Source: Eledone cirrhosa
Lineage: Eukaryota
Direction: 5' to 3'
Assembly: GCA_964016885.1 (NCBI GenBank)
Contig: OZ024746.1
Location: 57,474,001 to 57,538,000, forward strand
Length of the DNA: 64,000 nucleotides
Positions 44,833-57,588 of this stretch are shown here, in pieces. A program made the translations under genes and the position numbers. Below the pieces are notes generated by a model. That model did no database searches. It was not told the origin of the DNA and saw only the letters and a program-made list of their open reading frames with translations. Each line of letters starts with the position of its first letter. Position 1 is the first letter of the stretch.

Positions 44833-44952
44833 AAAATGTTTAACCCCGACGGCAGAGCTCAAGCCGTTTTGACGGCTATTTCTGGACTAATCGTGTGTGT
44901 GAGTGTACACCATAACGCACCAGAAATACCCGTATATGTATATATATATATT

Positions 44953-45088
<136 letters not shown>

Positions 45089-45117
45089 AACCTTTTACAT
45101 ACATATTTACATACATG

Positions 45118-45176
<59 letters not shown>

Positions 45177-45244
45177 TGTTATACTTTGGGAGGGTCATCT
45201 TGCCAATAGGAAACACACGCACCAGTTGCTTTCACTTCAATTTA

Positions 45245-46085
45245 TTATAATACATTTATAAATTTAGGAATTTATAAATGTCCGGTTCGTTGGTTGGTTC
45301 CACAACCAGATGGTTGTTTATATATTGTCAAAGTACTTTCGTCACACATTATGTGACTTCTTGAGTGACTTGGGATTCTTTTCTTCGTTTTTGTGCCTCT
45401 CCGTTGTTCTGTCCTACGCCATTTTGTTTCTGTGTGTGTGTTGACTGCTCAGTCTGCGCATGCGTCACATCTAGGTGTCTGTGTTTGTTTATATTCGTTT
45501 ATTTATTTGTTTATTTACATGTTACAGGTTGGTTGTTCGTTCCATGTGCGTGTGTGTGTTTCATTTAGTCTGTAATTGTAAGTTGTGATGTTGCTGTTCC
45601 ACTCATGTTTTCTATTTAATTTTGGTTGTAATTCTTTTATGTTTATTGCCTCTGTGATTTGTCTAAACATTGCGTCTTTTCTGTGTGTAGATTCTATTTT
45701 TATTTCTCTGTTCTCTAATTTACCCTTATGTTCTATTTTAGAATGTTGGTAGAGTACAGATGATTCTTTACTATCTTGAAGGTCTCGCCAGTGTTCATTT
45801 ATCCGTTCCCCTACACTACGAGCTGTCTCACCTATGTACACTATATTTTTGTCCCTACATTGTCCTTCAGTACATCTTATGCTATATACTACATTTCTAG
45901 CTTTACGGTTAATATGGGGATTAATTTACAGGTTATACATTTCTTATCTATACAGGGGGTCTTTGAAAAGGTTATATCTTGCTAATAAGTGTTTTTTTAC
46001 GGAGGTACCTGGTCTTTCTACTACCTTAATATTGAGTTTCTGTTTATCTAGGGCCCTTCTAATTTTGTAAGCTAATTAACCTCCA
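45245..46085 (-). mobile_element. Penelope-like element 3' part: GIY-YIG endonuclease + 3' repeat with HHR remnant (45327-45369)
   Basis: YIGETARSVGERINEH..RQITEAINIKELQPKLNRKHEW; GTCA-CTCAAGA-A-GTCACA..TGTGAC-GAAA-GTAC-TT-TGAC. Confidence 0.9.
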
Positions 46086-46089
46086 CTAG

Positions 46090-46983
46090 TTAAAACACCC
46101 CCACTAGAGAACAGTCAGAAATTAGAGAAAAACACAATGGAAAGCATCCAGCAAATAGCTAACTCCATCCACCAGAGTAATAGAGTTACTATAGACTACC
46201 AAAGTAAACACCCCAACCATCGATTACCTGTACTAGACACAGAACTCTGGTTAGATACCATTAATAACAAAAAAACAAATACTCCATTCCCATTATGCCA
46301 AACCCATGACTTCCAAATATCTGATCAACCGAAACTCAGCTGTTTCGGACCATACTAAAATCAACATACTGATTGCGGGTGTGGTACGGGTGATGAGAAA
46401 CGTGTCCCGCATGTGCAATCCCGAAGAACTAGAGAGACAGATACAACATTTTGTCCACCGTATGCAGGTCTCTGGTTACAATCAGAGAGATAAAATCAGA
46501 GTGTATAGAGGAGCCAGAACCAAATGGGAAAAAATGGTACATAATGACACAAATGGGCCCTGCCCCTTGTAAGGAGCACATTTTGGAATAGAATAGAAAG
46601 AACTAGGAATAAGGCTAATAGAATAAACTCATGGTATGATAGCAATAAATACCAGAGTGTAATGTTCATCGATACAACCCCTAGAGGTGAATTAGCTTAC
46701 AAATTTAGAAGGGCCCTAGATAAACATAAACTCAATATTAAGATAGTAGAAAGACCAGGTACCTCCGTAAAAACTCTTATTAGCAAGACACACCCATTTC
46801 AAAGCCCCCCCTGTATAGATAAGAAATGTATAACCTGTAAATTAAGCCCCCATATTAACTGTAAAGCTAGAAATATAGTATATAGCATAAGATGTACTGA
46901 AGGACAATGTAGGGACAAAAATATAGTGTACATAAGTGAGACAGCTCGTAGTGTAGGGGAACGGATAAATGAACACTGGCGAA
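46090..46983 (+). pseudogene. Penelope-like RT thumb/linker/GIY-YIG start, inverted relative to the adjacent copy
   Basis: LPVLDTELW, YAKPMTS, C-rich linker, IVYSIRC..YISETARS; frameshifts; 46683-46983 is the reverse complement of ~45786-46084. Confidence 0.9.
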
Positions 46984-47636
46984 TCGTAAAAGCACATATC
47001 GTTATATGCTTTTTCTATGAAAATTAGTAGTGGGCAGACTAATTTGCATAGAGTGTGAGTAAGTACCGGTTCAACGGAGACGATAAAAACAAATAACGAA
47101 ACGAAATTAAATTTCGTTTCGTTTGTAACTCACTTTTGTATGACGAAATTTAATTTCGTTTCGTTATTTGTTTTTATCGTCTCCGTTGAACCGGTACTTA
47201 CTCACACTCTATGCAAATTAGTCTGCCCACTACTAATTTTCATAGAAAAAGCATATAACGATATGTGCTTTTACGATTCTCTAGAAAGGCCGGAAGATAG
47301 GTAAATATTGCTGATGAGTTGTAACAACAACGAAACTAGTTCAATATTCCTTGTCTGGCTTTCTGGAGAATAGAGGAAAGGTGTTTCCTCAAAAACCAGT
47401 ATGACTCTAAAAACCGGTTTGTCTGTGTGTTTACATACAGAATAGCTGGCCACTCACAGTAAAGTGACCAGTGAAAAAACTTGGTACATCTACATATGTA
47501 TACGTGTGTGTATTCATATACATACTAGTATTTCAGTATACATATATGGATGTACATCTTTAACTTAATTGTTTAAGCGTCAGTCATACAAAAGTGAGTT
47601 ACAAACGAAACGAAATTTAATTTCGTTTCGTTATTT

Positions 47637-47640
<4 letters not shown>
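46981..47640 (+). mobile_element. Retrozyme-like family A' element: inverted arm + 467-bp monomer + ~30-bp terminal repeat
   Basis: ACGAAATTTAATTTCGTTTCGTTATTTGTT at 47143 and 47610; 46981-47118 inverted vs 47143-47279. Confidence 0.9.
47304..47348 (+). ncRNA. Canonical type I hammerhead ribozyme
   Basis: AATATTG-CTGATGA-GTTGT-AACA-ACAAC-GAAA-CTAG-TT-CAATATT; all core positions intact, perfect stems I and II. Confidence 0.93.
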
Positions 47641-47697
<57 letters not shown>

Positions 47698-48120
47698 ATT
47701 TAAATAAAAAATGTCATGCACCCAAAATATATGCACGATGATAGTCTAGTGTTGAAGCGCCTCCTCAACTATACAGTGGTGGCTATAACTGGAACCCGAA
47801 TTTTGTGGCACGCATGTTGTATCTATGAAATTTCGAATATACAAAATAAGTTTTTGGCAATAAATTGAATATTGTTTTCCTTGAACATTTATCTACGGAT
47901 ATCAGGACACACACATACCCACACACACACACCCGCAGAGACACACATACACACATGCGCGCGCGCACATACACACATGCACACAGACACACACGCATAC
48001 ACGAAGACACACATATATATATATATGGAATCTGGAAAAGTAAAAAATAGAGGAGGAAATGCTGGAGGGAATTATTCAATATAATATCAAAATATTTATT
48101 TATAAAGTGGATATTTCTTC

Positions 48121-48160
<40 letters not shown>

Positions 48161-48811
48161 TATTAATTCCTAGAATTAACGATTAATTGATTAATTTAAT
48201 TAGACAATTCTATTGATTGAATAATTGTTTATGCTTGTTTGATAACTTCTAGTTGAGTGCTTAATTCGTTTCGTGTAAGGGAATTTTATTTCTTTGTTCC
48301 AAATTTCGAATTGACCGCCAAAACCGGGGGTTACCTCCCTTTGGGAAAACCATCTGTCTTATAGCGGTGCTTACTGCTAGAACGCAGACCTGCGAGGTCC
48401 AGAACGAAAAACTTGTTGACGAAGTAAACTCCTTTGTTCTGTCGTCAAAAACCATTAACTTGCAGACCCCTGCAAGTGGATTTTGTCGATTTCGGATTCA
48501 CAGAAACCTAGCGGAAATATTATATATTATATGTGATGTATATTGTATGGTATATATTATGTGTTGTCTATGATATTAACGCGATGGTCCAGGTCAGTAA
48601 AACATTTTTCCTGAGTTCGGCTTTCTTCGTCGCTGTGGTCACTACGGCCCGTCTATCGGTCGCTGTATTTCATTTGCAAAGCTGTCTAAACGTAATGGTA
48701 TAATTCTAGGGTAATATTCCCTATATGGGGTGCCTAGCTGCACACCGAAACTGCATTCGTTAGCTTGGCTGCAACCAAACGCTTCGTAGATGCTGTGCTA
48801 AACTGTATATA

Positions 48812-48883
<72 letters not shown>

Positions 48884-49807
48884 CATGCACACAGACGTAT
48901 CTATGCATCTATAATACTTATAAAACGGATGTTTTTTTGTACATTGAACGTTAATAACTCTATATAAAATTGGTAATAATTATGATTTCTCTACTCTTTG
49001 AATATGACTTCCGACATGCACGCAATTGACGTTCTCTGTGGGTACCTTTTTTTCTTCTCTAGATTTGTTTCTTCTGTTTTTGAACGATCTGATATCCGAC
49101 AAATGCACTAATGACTTAGTGTTTTCGTGAAAACGGAGGTGATGAGCGCGGGGCTCCCTTGCAGTTACACATAGGTACATCTTAGCTGTTTAAAAACACC
49201 TAATGTTGCTGTTACTAGTGTGCTTGTAGGTGTAAATGTCCCAATTGTTGCTAATGTTGTTACTGTTATATTGCGGTTGTTTTTTAGTTATTCTTTCTAT
49301 ATTGTTGTCAGTGTTAATTGTTAATGTTGCAGTTGTCTCATTATGCGCTTCTCATGTGTGTTATAGTTGCGTTTGTTTTAGTTCATTTTTGATTTTGTTG
49401 TTATCTGACAGTTAAGTTTGTAGTTGTCGTGTTGCCATGAATATTTTTATTGCCGAAGTTATTGCTGGTATTAGTGCTACTCTTGCACTTGGTATTTTCA
49501 GATGTATTGCTGTTATTTACCCGGTTATTATTCTTGGTTGAACAATCTTACGATAAAAGGCATACATGGTATATTCAAGCACTGTTTCCCTCTTCGGTAT
49601 TATACAGTATTCCATAGTTGACGAGGCTAGTGTGTTTGATGCAGAGAAATATAACTATTGTTTAGATAATCTATACCGAATATATATGCGCTGGATTGAT
49701 TAGTAACTGGTGAAGTGAGCTGAATACGCAGATAATTAGCAACTGTAGGGTTTAAAGATGATGGAAATACAGTTACTATTTCTTGAATGTATGTCGTATA
49801 TATATAT

Positions 49808-50072
49808 AAATAGTAATAACAAAAATAAATTTGAAGACTAAAATCCAAAGGGCTCGATAAGGATAAATATATATCAAATAGATAAGAACCGTAGAGCAAA
49901 TATTTATTAAAATAACAGATTAAAGTTTAAGCAAAGCACCGCTGCTTTCACACTTAACGGGATCTTCTGAAAGTAAAAAAGTAAATCATTAAGATTGACT
50001 TTTTCAGTTTCAAAAGATCCCGTTAAGGGTGAAAGCCGCGATTCTTTGCTTAGACTTTAATCTGTTATTTTA

Positions 50073-50080
<8 letters not shown>
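49808..50080. mobile_element. Fold-back family B, second copy
   Basis: Homologous to 8456-8720 in the opposite orientation. Confidence 0.8.
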
Positions 50081-50118
<38 letters not shown>

Positions 50119-50220
50119 AGATTAATATCTCCACAGGTACTAAGTACCCATGAAAATATATAGGGTAACTATAATACATTTGTTGTTTAATGGTATTAAT
50201 TTGACATACCAGAACTATAA

Positions 50221-50600
50221 AATTGAGATGAGTGGAACAAGAAAACATTAAACAATCTTTTAAATAAATTAAAATACGATTTAATTATTTACGTATCCAA
50301 AATGCTATTACCGACGGTTTCATTTCACAAAAGATTGGAAATCCAGAGAATTTCCAACGCAAAGGTTCACTTTAACGGCCTGACCTCATACTAGCTGGCA
50401 GTAGGCGATATATTTATAAACTGTGAGACTTTACGTCCTATAGAATGGAAAGAGCTATCTGAGGAGGAAATTCTCTGGATTTCCAATCTTTTGTGAAGCG
50501 AAACCGTCGGTAATAGCATTTTGGATAGGTAAATATTTAAATCGTATTTTAATTCATTTAAAAGATTGTTTAATGTTTACTTGTTCCGCTCATCTCAATT
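50221..50600. mobile_element. Fold-back element (135-bp arms) with HHR at 50454-50517 (+)
   Basis: Arms 50221-50355 / 50466-50600; GCTAT-CTGAGGA-G...C-GAAA-CCGTCGG-TA-ATAGC. Confidence 0.8.
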
Positions 50601-50620
50601 ATATATATATATATATATAA

Positions 50621-50733
50621 GTTGAAATAAAATGAAAACGAAATTTCATTTCTCACTCTTAGTACGGCACTTACTTAAATGTAAGTATGTATGTATACGT
50701 ACATACATATATGTATACAGACGTACAGTAGCA

Positions 50734-50795
<62 letters not shown>

Positions 50796-51230
50796 CAGGT
50801 ACACATACATATATGCACGTATCAGTTTAGTGGACGCTTATTATAACGCCGCTTTGCTCGTTTGTAAACAAACTGAACAGCCTGATTTTATGCCGTACGG
50901 TGTTAAGGCAACCACGTCACCTTTTTGTTCAACACTGACACAGGAACGATGTACTAGTTTCAAGCTTGTTAGCTATCATCAGCACCGTATACCCTTCTGC
51001 CAGATAGTTGAACGTTCGAAAGTATATACTTTCCTTATGAAAATTAACGGCTGAGCAGCCTAATTTACATAACGAGTGAGTTAAGTCGGGCAGGCATACC
51101 GAAAACGATAAGTTGAAATAAAATGAAAACGAAATTTCATTTCTCACTCTTAGTACGGCACTTACTTAAATGTAAGTATGTATGTATACGTACATACATA
51201 TATGTATACAGGCGTACAGTAGCATGCATA

Positions 51231-51266
<36 letters not shown>

Positions 51267-51824
51267 CAGGTACACATACATATATGCACGTATCAGTTTA
51301 GCCGACGCTTATTATAACGCCGCTTTGTTCGTTTGTAAACAAACTGGACATCCTGAATTTATGCCGTAGGGTGTTAAGGCAACCACGTCACCTTTTTGTT
51401 CAACACTGACACAGGAACGATGTACTAGTTTCAAGCTTGTTAGCTATCATCAGCACCGTATACCCTTCTGCCAGATAGTTGCACGTTCGAAAGTATATAC
51501 TTTCCTTATGAAAATTAACGGCTGAGCAGCCTAATTTGCATATCGAGTGAGTTAAGTCGGTCAGGCATACCGAAAACGATAAGTTGAAATAAAATGAAAA
51601 CGAAATTTCGAAAGTTCAACTATCTGCCAGAAGGGTATACGGTGCCGATGATAGCTAACAAGCTTGAAACTAGTACATCGTTCCTGTGTCAGTGTTGAAC
51701 AAAAAGGTGACGTGGTTGCCTTAACACCGTACGGCATAAATCCAGGCTGTTCAGTTTGTTTACAAACGAACAAAGCGGCGTTATAATAAGCGTCCGCTAA
51801 ACTGATACGTGCATATATGTGTAC

Positions 51825-51899
<75 letters not shown>

Positions 51900-51957
51900 G
51901 CATGCTACTGTACGTCTGTATACATATATGTATGTACGTATACATACATACTTACAT
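50621..51957. mobile_element. Family A array: two tandem monomers (491 and 471 bp, minus sense) + short repeat + inverted copy
   Basis: GTTGAAATAAAATGAAAACG at 50621, 51112 and 51583; HHRs at 50946-50988 (-), 51417-51459 (-), 51639-51681 (+, core CCGATGA). Confidence 0.92.
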
Positions 51958-51974
51958 ATATATATATATATATA

Positions 51975-52296
51975 AAAATGATGTAATTCCGTCGGAAAAG
52001 TCCAGGATAAAAGAGTGCTCTATGTAGGTAACAGAGCTTAATAGTTATGTAATAAACAACATAAGGCAATTATTCCATTTACCAGTGGTTTCTTAAAAGC
52101 AGAAAAATTTGCGTTCAATCATCAGAATTAAAAAATCATGTTCTATTTATTGAATTAGATTTTTAAAAAACAAAATGCAGTCTATATTAAAGTGAGGCTG
52201 GAGAAGGAAGAAGGAAAATAAAAATAAAATAAAAACACACATGCAGAAACACACAAAAACACACACAAGATTATATCCATCCACACATATATATAC

Positions 52297-52367
<71 letters not shown>

Positions 52368-52568
52368 CACACATACATACATTCACACATATACAGATAT
52401 ATATGCGTATATATATGTACATACACATACATATACACATACATACATACACACACTCTCACACATAAATATACATATACAAATACATAAACACATACAT
52501 ACGCATACACAAATACATACACACACACACATATACACACACATATACATACACATATATATATATAT

Positions 52569-52645
<77 letters not shown>

Positions 52646-52831
52646 CATATATATATACACATACACACACATATATACATTGCCATACAATTATACACAT
52701 ACAAATACGTACATATCACAAACACGCACAACCAAATACAAACACACATATATATATATATATATGTGTGTGTGTAAAACTCATTCTTAGATAATTCATA
52801 TGAACCTTATTTAACGCTAAAATATACACAC

Positions 52832-52862
<31 letters not shown>

Positions 52863-52884
52863 CATATATACATGTATGTATGTG

Positions 52885-52970
<86 letters not shown>

Positions 52971-55900
52971 CACATACACATACATACACATACATACTTA
53001 CTAACATACACCTATATACCTACACACACATATATACATACACATACGTATGCATACGTACACACACACACACACACATATACATATATAACTCAATATA
53101 TATATATATATATATATATGAGAAAGAACAAAAATAATATAAAATAAAAAATAAATATTTTATATATAAAAAAATTTGACAAGTAGTAAATAAAAAAATA
53201 TATATATATGTATATATTTCGAAAAGGGTATACATGCCCATAGCAGACCTAGAGCACTCAATAAGTTCATGGGGCAAAAGATCAATGAAATATTCATCAA
53301 ATCATTATATATAAAGATGCACATACATACACCCTAATACAATTATACATATACACACACACATACACACAGTCACATAAAATTGTATACATACACACAC
53401 ACACACACAAAAACCCCAACCACAGAAATACAAACACACATAGAAAAACGTATATATACATATATATATATCTATATATACACACACATAGGAAGAAGCC
53501 TGACCCTATTGCATAGCTCAGGCCTTTTCTGAGGCTATGATATAAAAACACACAAAACCATTATATAAAAACTTAATATCTAAAAATAAAAAAAATGTTG
53601 GTTTGTGAAGGGTAAGGCAAAAATAGGGGGTAAAAGGAGGGGGAAAAATGACATAGGAAAAGGTTTAAATATAAGGGGAAATATGGGAGAAAGAGAATAC
53701 AAGAGTACAGAACCTGGATTCAGCAGGTAAAAAAAACCCTAGTAGAAGTAAAGAGCAGAGAAGGAGTTCAAGGCGGTTGAGTTATCATAGGAATGTTAAT
53801 CCAGTTACAGATCAGATGTGATTTCAGATGAGGACAACATCTGAAGATCTTGGTCTTTGAGTTCAGGCAAGCAGAAGTAGCTTTCAAGTTTAGCAAAATT
53901 TTATATTTTTCTGTGGTACACAAAGAACAATTCTTTGTGCCCCTTTGGTACTCCCTCGAAAGGTCTAAAATAGAACAATCGATAGAGTACGGGATGTTTT
54001 TATCCTTGAATTCCCACACCTTACTTGCGAGGGCCGTTGTTGTTCGTTTATCGGAGTGCTTAAAAGAAGCGACATGTGAGTAAAACCTGGTTTTAAACCT
54101 GTCCTGGGTCATGCCGACATATCGCTCACTCCTGGCTGTCTGGTTGTTGATTAAAGCTGTTATTTTAGCCTCATAAACAACAGATTTGGTGTTACATTTG
54201 CCCTGCAATGGGCATTCATCCGGCTTCCTGCAACTGCATCCTGGATTTGTTCTCGTATGATTTGAATTGGTGATCTTGGACTTCATAGATGGGCAACAAG
54301 AGTAACTGATCTTAACTACGTTCCTATTAAATATCTTATAATATCTATGATTAGGAGGAAAATGTTTATCTAAGAGTTCAAGGAATTTCCTTCCTACATT
54401 AGTTTTGACAGTTAGAGAGAAGGGGGGGGTGTAAACCAAATCATTTTCCTTTTCCTGTTATTGTGGTTAGTTTTAGAGGGGCGAGTAGGTAAATAATAAA
54501 TGTGTTCAGTTAAACCGCTGTTCTTAAGGGCTTTATTATAATAAGGGGCGGCTTTATTAAAAATGTCTATAGACGAAGATAAGGTAGAAATCCTACAGCT
54601 AATGTTGGGAATAAGATTATTAAAAACTATAGTGGGGTGGTAAGACACTTTGTGTATATGCCTAAGACTTTCATTCGCTTTATGATAAGGTTTAAAAGAG
54701 GCGGTAAGTAGATCAAGAGTAATATCAAGAAAGTTAGCATTGGTAAGGTTCATATCTATAGTGATTTAAAGGTTAAGATTAGCAAAGGTATTGATTAAAT
54801 ATTTACGGAATTTATCAAGGTTATGGCCGTTGGTGATATGAGAAACTGACAATCCGTCATCACGGTATAAACCGATATTATGGGAAGGAAATTTCTCTTT
54901 GAGGGTGTGGAGAAGGAATAATCCTACTAAGTCACACACATCCGCACTGTCATATGAACCCATTGCAACATAAAAAAGAGTTTTCTGTGTTTGACTTTTT
55001 AACCCAAATATTTTCATTAGTAAAGAGTAAAGTTTTTCTAGCATGAAAGATAATGTCTTTTTCTAATTTAGAAATATTAATGAAGGGTCTTGTAAACTCT
55101 AAGGCATTAATTAATAAGGAAACAGTAATAGAGGGGTAAAAATCAACAATATCAAATTGGGTAAATCTACACTTATTTTTACCTTGTATATTATTAAACC
55201 AAGAAAAAACAGAGGAAGTATTTAGCCACTGTGATAGGTCAGTCTTAGTTCTAATTTGGAGAATTATTTTTCTTAAGATTTTTTTTACTTGCAAAGCCAA
55301 CTTAGGATTTAGCCTGGTTAATCAGTCTACAACTAGGTCGATTAGTAAAGTCTACTTTATGGTCTTTAAGGGTAATATATACTTTACTCTTAGCTAAGCT
55401 TTCAATCCGGTTGTCTATTTTTAAAGAACTAGCTAGTTCTTTAGCTTCTTTATTAATAGTATTGTAAGTATTATTATTAGTTAATTGATATTTGTTGGTG
55501 ATACTATTAGTTAAAAGTTTGTTATACAAAGTACTATTAACTTCAAAGAGATTTTTAGTTTTATCAGAAAGAACAAAGGTGTTTGTAGAATTTTTAAAAT
55601 AAGAAATATCTTTAGACAGTTTAGTTTGAAAGTTATTATTGTACTTACGAAATTTGATATCACTAATTAAATTAACAATGTCTAATTCGAAGTTGACCAT
55701 GTCTTTAATTCTAGGTGGATATTTACGGGATTCTATGTCAAAACAATCATTAGTATCAACACTGAATAGTCCATCGTAAACCATTGCCTTCCATCTCATT
55801 CTTTTAACGACTTGTTCGATTTTATCTATAAGAATTTTGGTATAATTTGTGTTGGAAGGAGTAGGTATATTTTTGATTGAATAATCCAATTCATAAAGGT

Positions 55901-56325
55901 CCATGGTGTATGTCGGTTAATTCCTGAAAACTGTAGAGTGCTCAACTAATCGGGCTGGAAAGTGCCTATCGTATATGTAATATAGAATATGCTTCAATCA
56001 ATCCCCGTTGGAGTTGTATAAATGAAGTAATTCCTACGGAAAAGTCCAGGAAGAAAGAGTGCTCTATGTAGGTAACAGAGCTTAATAGTTATGTAATAAA
56101 CTACATAAGGCAATTATTCAATTTACCAGTGGTTTCTTAAAAGCAAACAATTTTGATTTCAATCATCAGAAAGAAAAAATCCTGGTCTATTTATTGAATT
56201 GGATTTTTAAAAAACAAAAATGCAGTCTATATGAAAGTGAGGCTGGAGAAGGAAGAAGGAAAGGAAAATTAAATAAAAACACACATGCAAACACGCACAC
56301 ACACACACACGATTATATACACCAC

Positions 56326-56356
<31 letters not shown>

Positions 56357-56524
56357 CACACATACACGCACACACACATATGCACATATATATGTGTATG
56401 TATATATACACATACATATACACATACATACACACATAAATATCAACATATCCATACATACACATACATATATACAACCACACACATATATATATATGTA
56501 TATGTGTGTGTGTATGTATGTGTG

Positions 56525-56615
<91 letters not shown>

Positions 56616-56834
56616 GTGGATGTATATAATCGTGTGTGTTTGCATGTGTGTTTTTATTTTATTTGTCCTTTCCTTCTCCAGCCTCACTTTCATATAGACT
56701 GCATTTTTGGGGTTTTTTAAATCCAATTCAATAAATAGACCAGGATTTTTTCCATTCTGATGATTGAAAGCAATTTTTTTTGCTTTTAAGAAACCACTGG
56801 TAAATGGAATAATTGCCTTATGTTGTTTATTACA

Positions 56835-56840
<6 letters not shown>
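51975..56840 (-). mobile_element. Near full-length Penelope-like retroelement (Naiad-type) with direct pseudo-LTRs (~51975-52260, ~56017-56290) and an inverted pseudo-LTR (~56630-56840)
   Basis: Repeats read directly; each carries a minimal HHR core CTGATGA-TT-GAA(A/C). Confidence 0.9.
53768..55904 (-). pseudogene. PLE RT + GIY-YIG ORF broken by stops and frameshifts
   Basis: YSIKNIPTP, KRMRWKA, CRLIN, FDIVDFYPSI, MGSYDSADVCDLVG, YRDD, FLDITLDL, CSCRKPDECPLQGKC, VVY..YVG, CSLC..EK, LN. Confidence 0.95.
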
Positions 56841-56910
<70 letters not shown>

Positions 56911-57034
56911 TATATGGATGTATATATAATGTATTTTGCAATACACTTTATGCTTAATTAAAAGCATTTTGAAGACCGTATGCTATTGCTTTAGAGTAGT
57001 GACAAATTCACTAACTTTAATCTCAGGAAACAGG

Positions 57035-57095
57035 GGAGATAAGCCGACAAGGCCTTGTTTCGCATTTATTGATGCTTATCAAGGCTAACTACTCC
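57035..57095 (-). ncRNA. Type I hammerhead, U3-A8 variant
   Basis: GGAG-tagtt-AGCC-TTGATAA-GCAT-CAATAA-ATGC-GAAA-CAAGGCCTTG-TC-GGCT-tat-CTCC. Confidence 0.85.
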
Positions 57096-57352
57096 GTCCT
57101 GTCTACCGAGATCACTGATTTTATATTCTTTTAGAATTCTAGTAAATAATCAGGAACTGATTATACAGAGCGGTTGTTGGTCAGGCAGAAATTAAAAATT
57201 AGAATTGGAGCTCTGAAATAGCAATATATATATGGATGTATATATAATGTATTTTGCAATATACTTTATTCTTAATTAAAAGCATTTTGAAGACCGTATG
57301 CTATTGTTTTAGAGTAGTGACAAATTCACTTAATTTAATCTCAGCAAACAGG

Positions 57353-57413
57353 GGAGATAAGCCGACAAGGCCTTGTTTCGCATTTATTGATGCTTATCAA
57401 GGCTAACTACTCC
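57353..57413 (-). ncRNA. Type I hammerhead, U3-A8 variant (second tandem copy)
   Basis: Identical motif to 57035-57095. Confidence 0.85.
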
Positions 57414-57527
57414 CTCCCTCCTAATTTTTAATTTCTGCCTGACCAACAACCTCTCAGTATAATCAGTTCCTGATTATTTACTAGAATTCTATAAGAATAT
57501 AACATCAGTGATCTCGGTAGACAGGAA

Positions 57528-57588
57528 GGAGTAGTTAGCCTTAATAAGCATCAATAAATGCGAAACAAGGCCTTGTCGGCTTATCTCC
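57528..57588 (+). ncRNA. Inverted copy of the family H hammerhead with core mutation (TTAATAA)
   Basis: Same stems; G5 changed to A. Confidence 0.7.

Noticed and set aside
53768-55904. Selenoprotein-type Naiad element (in-frame UGA at Cys positions)
   Set aside because: The conserved Cys positions seen are normal codons; the interruptions are TAA and frameshifts. The TGA in the 8132 fragment falls at an aromatic position
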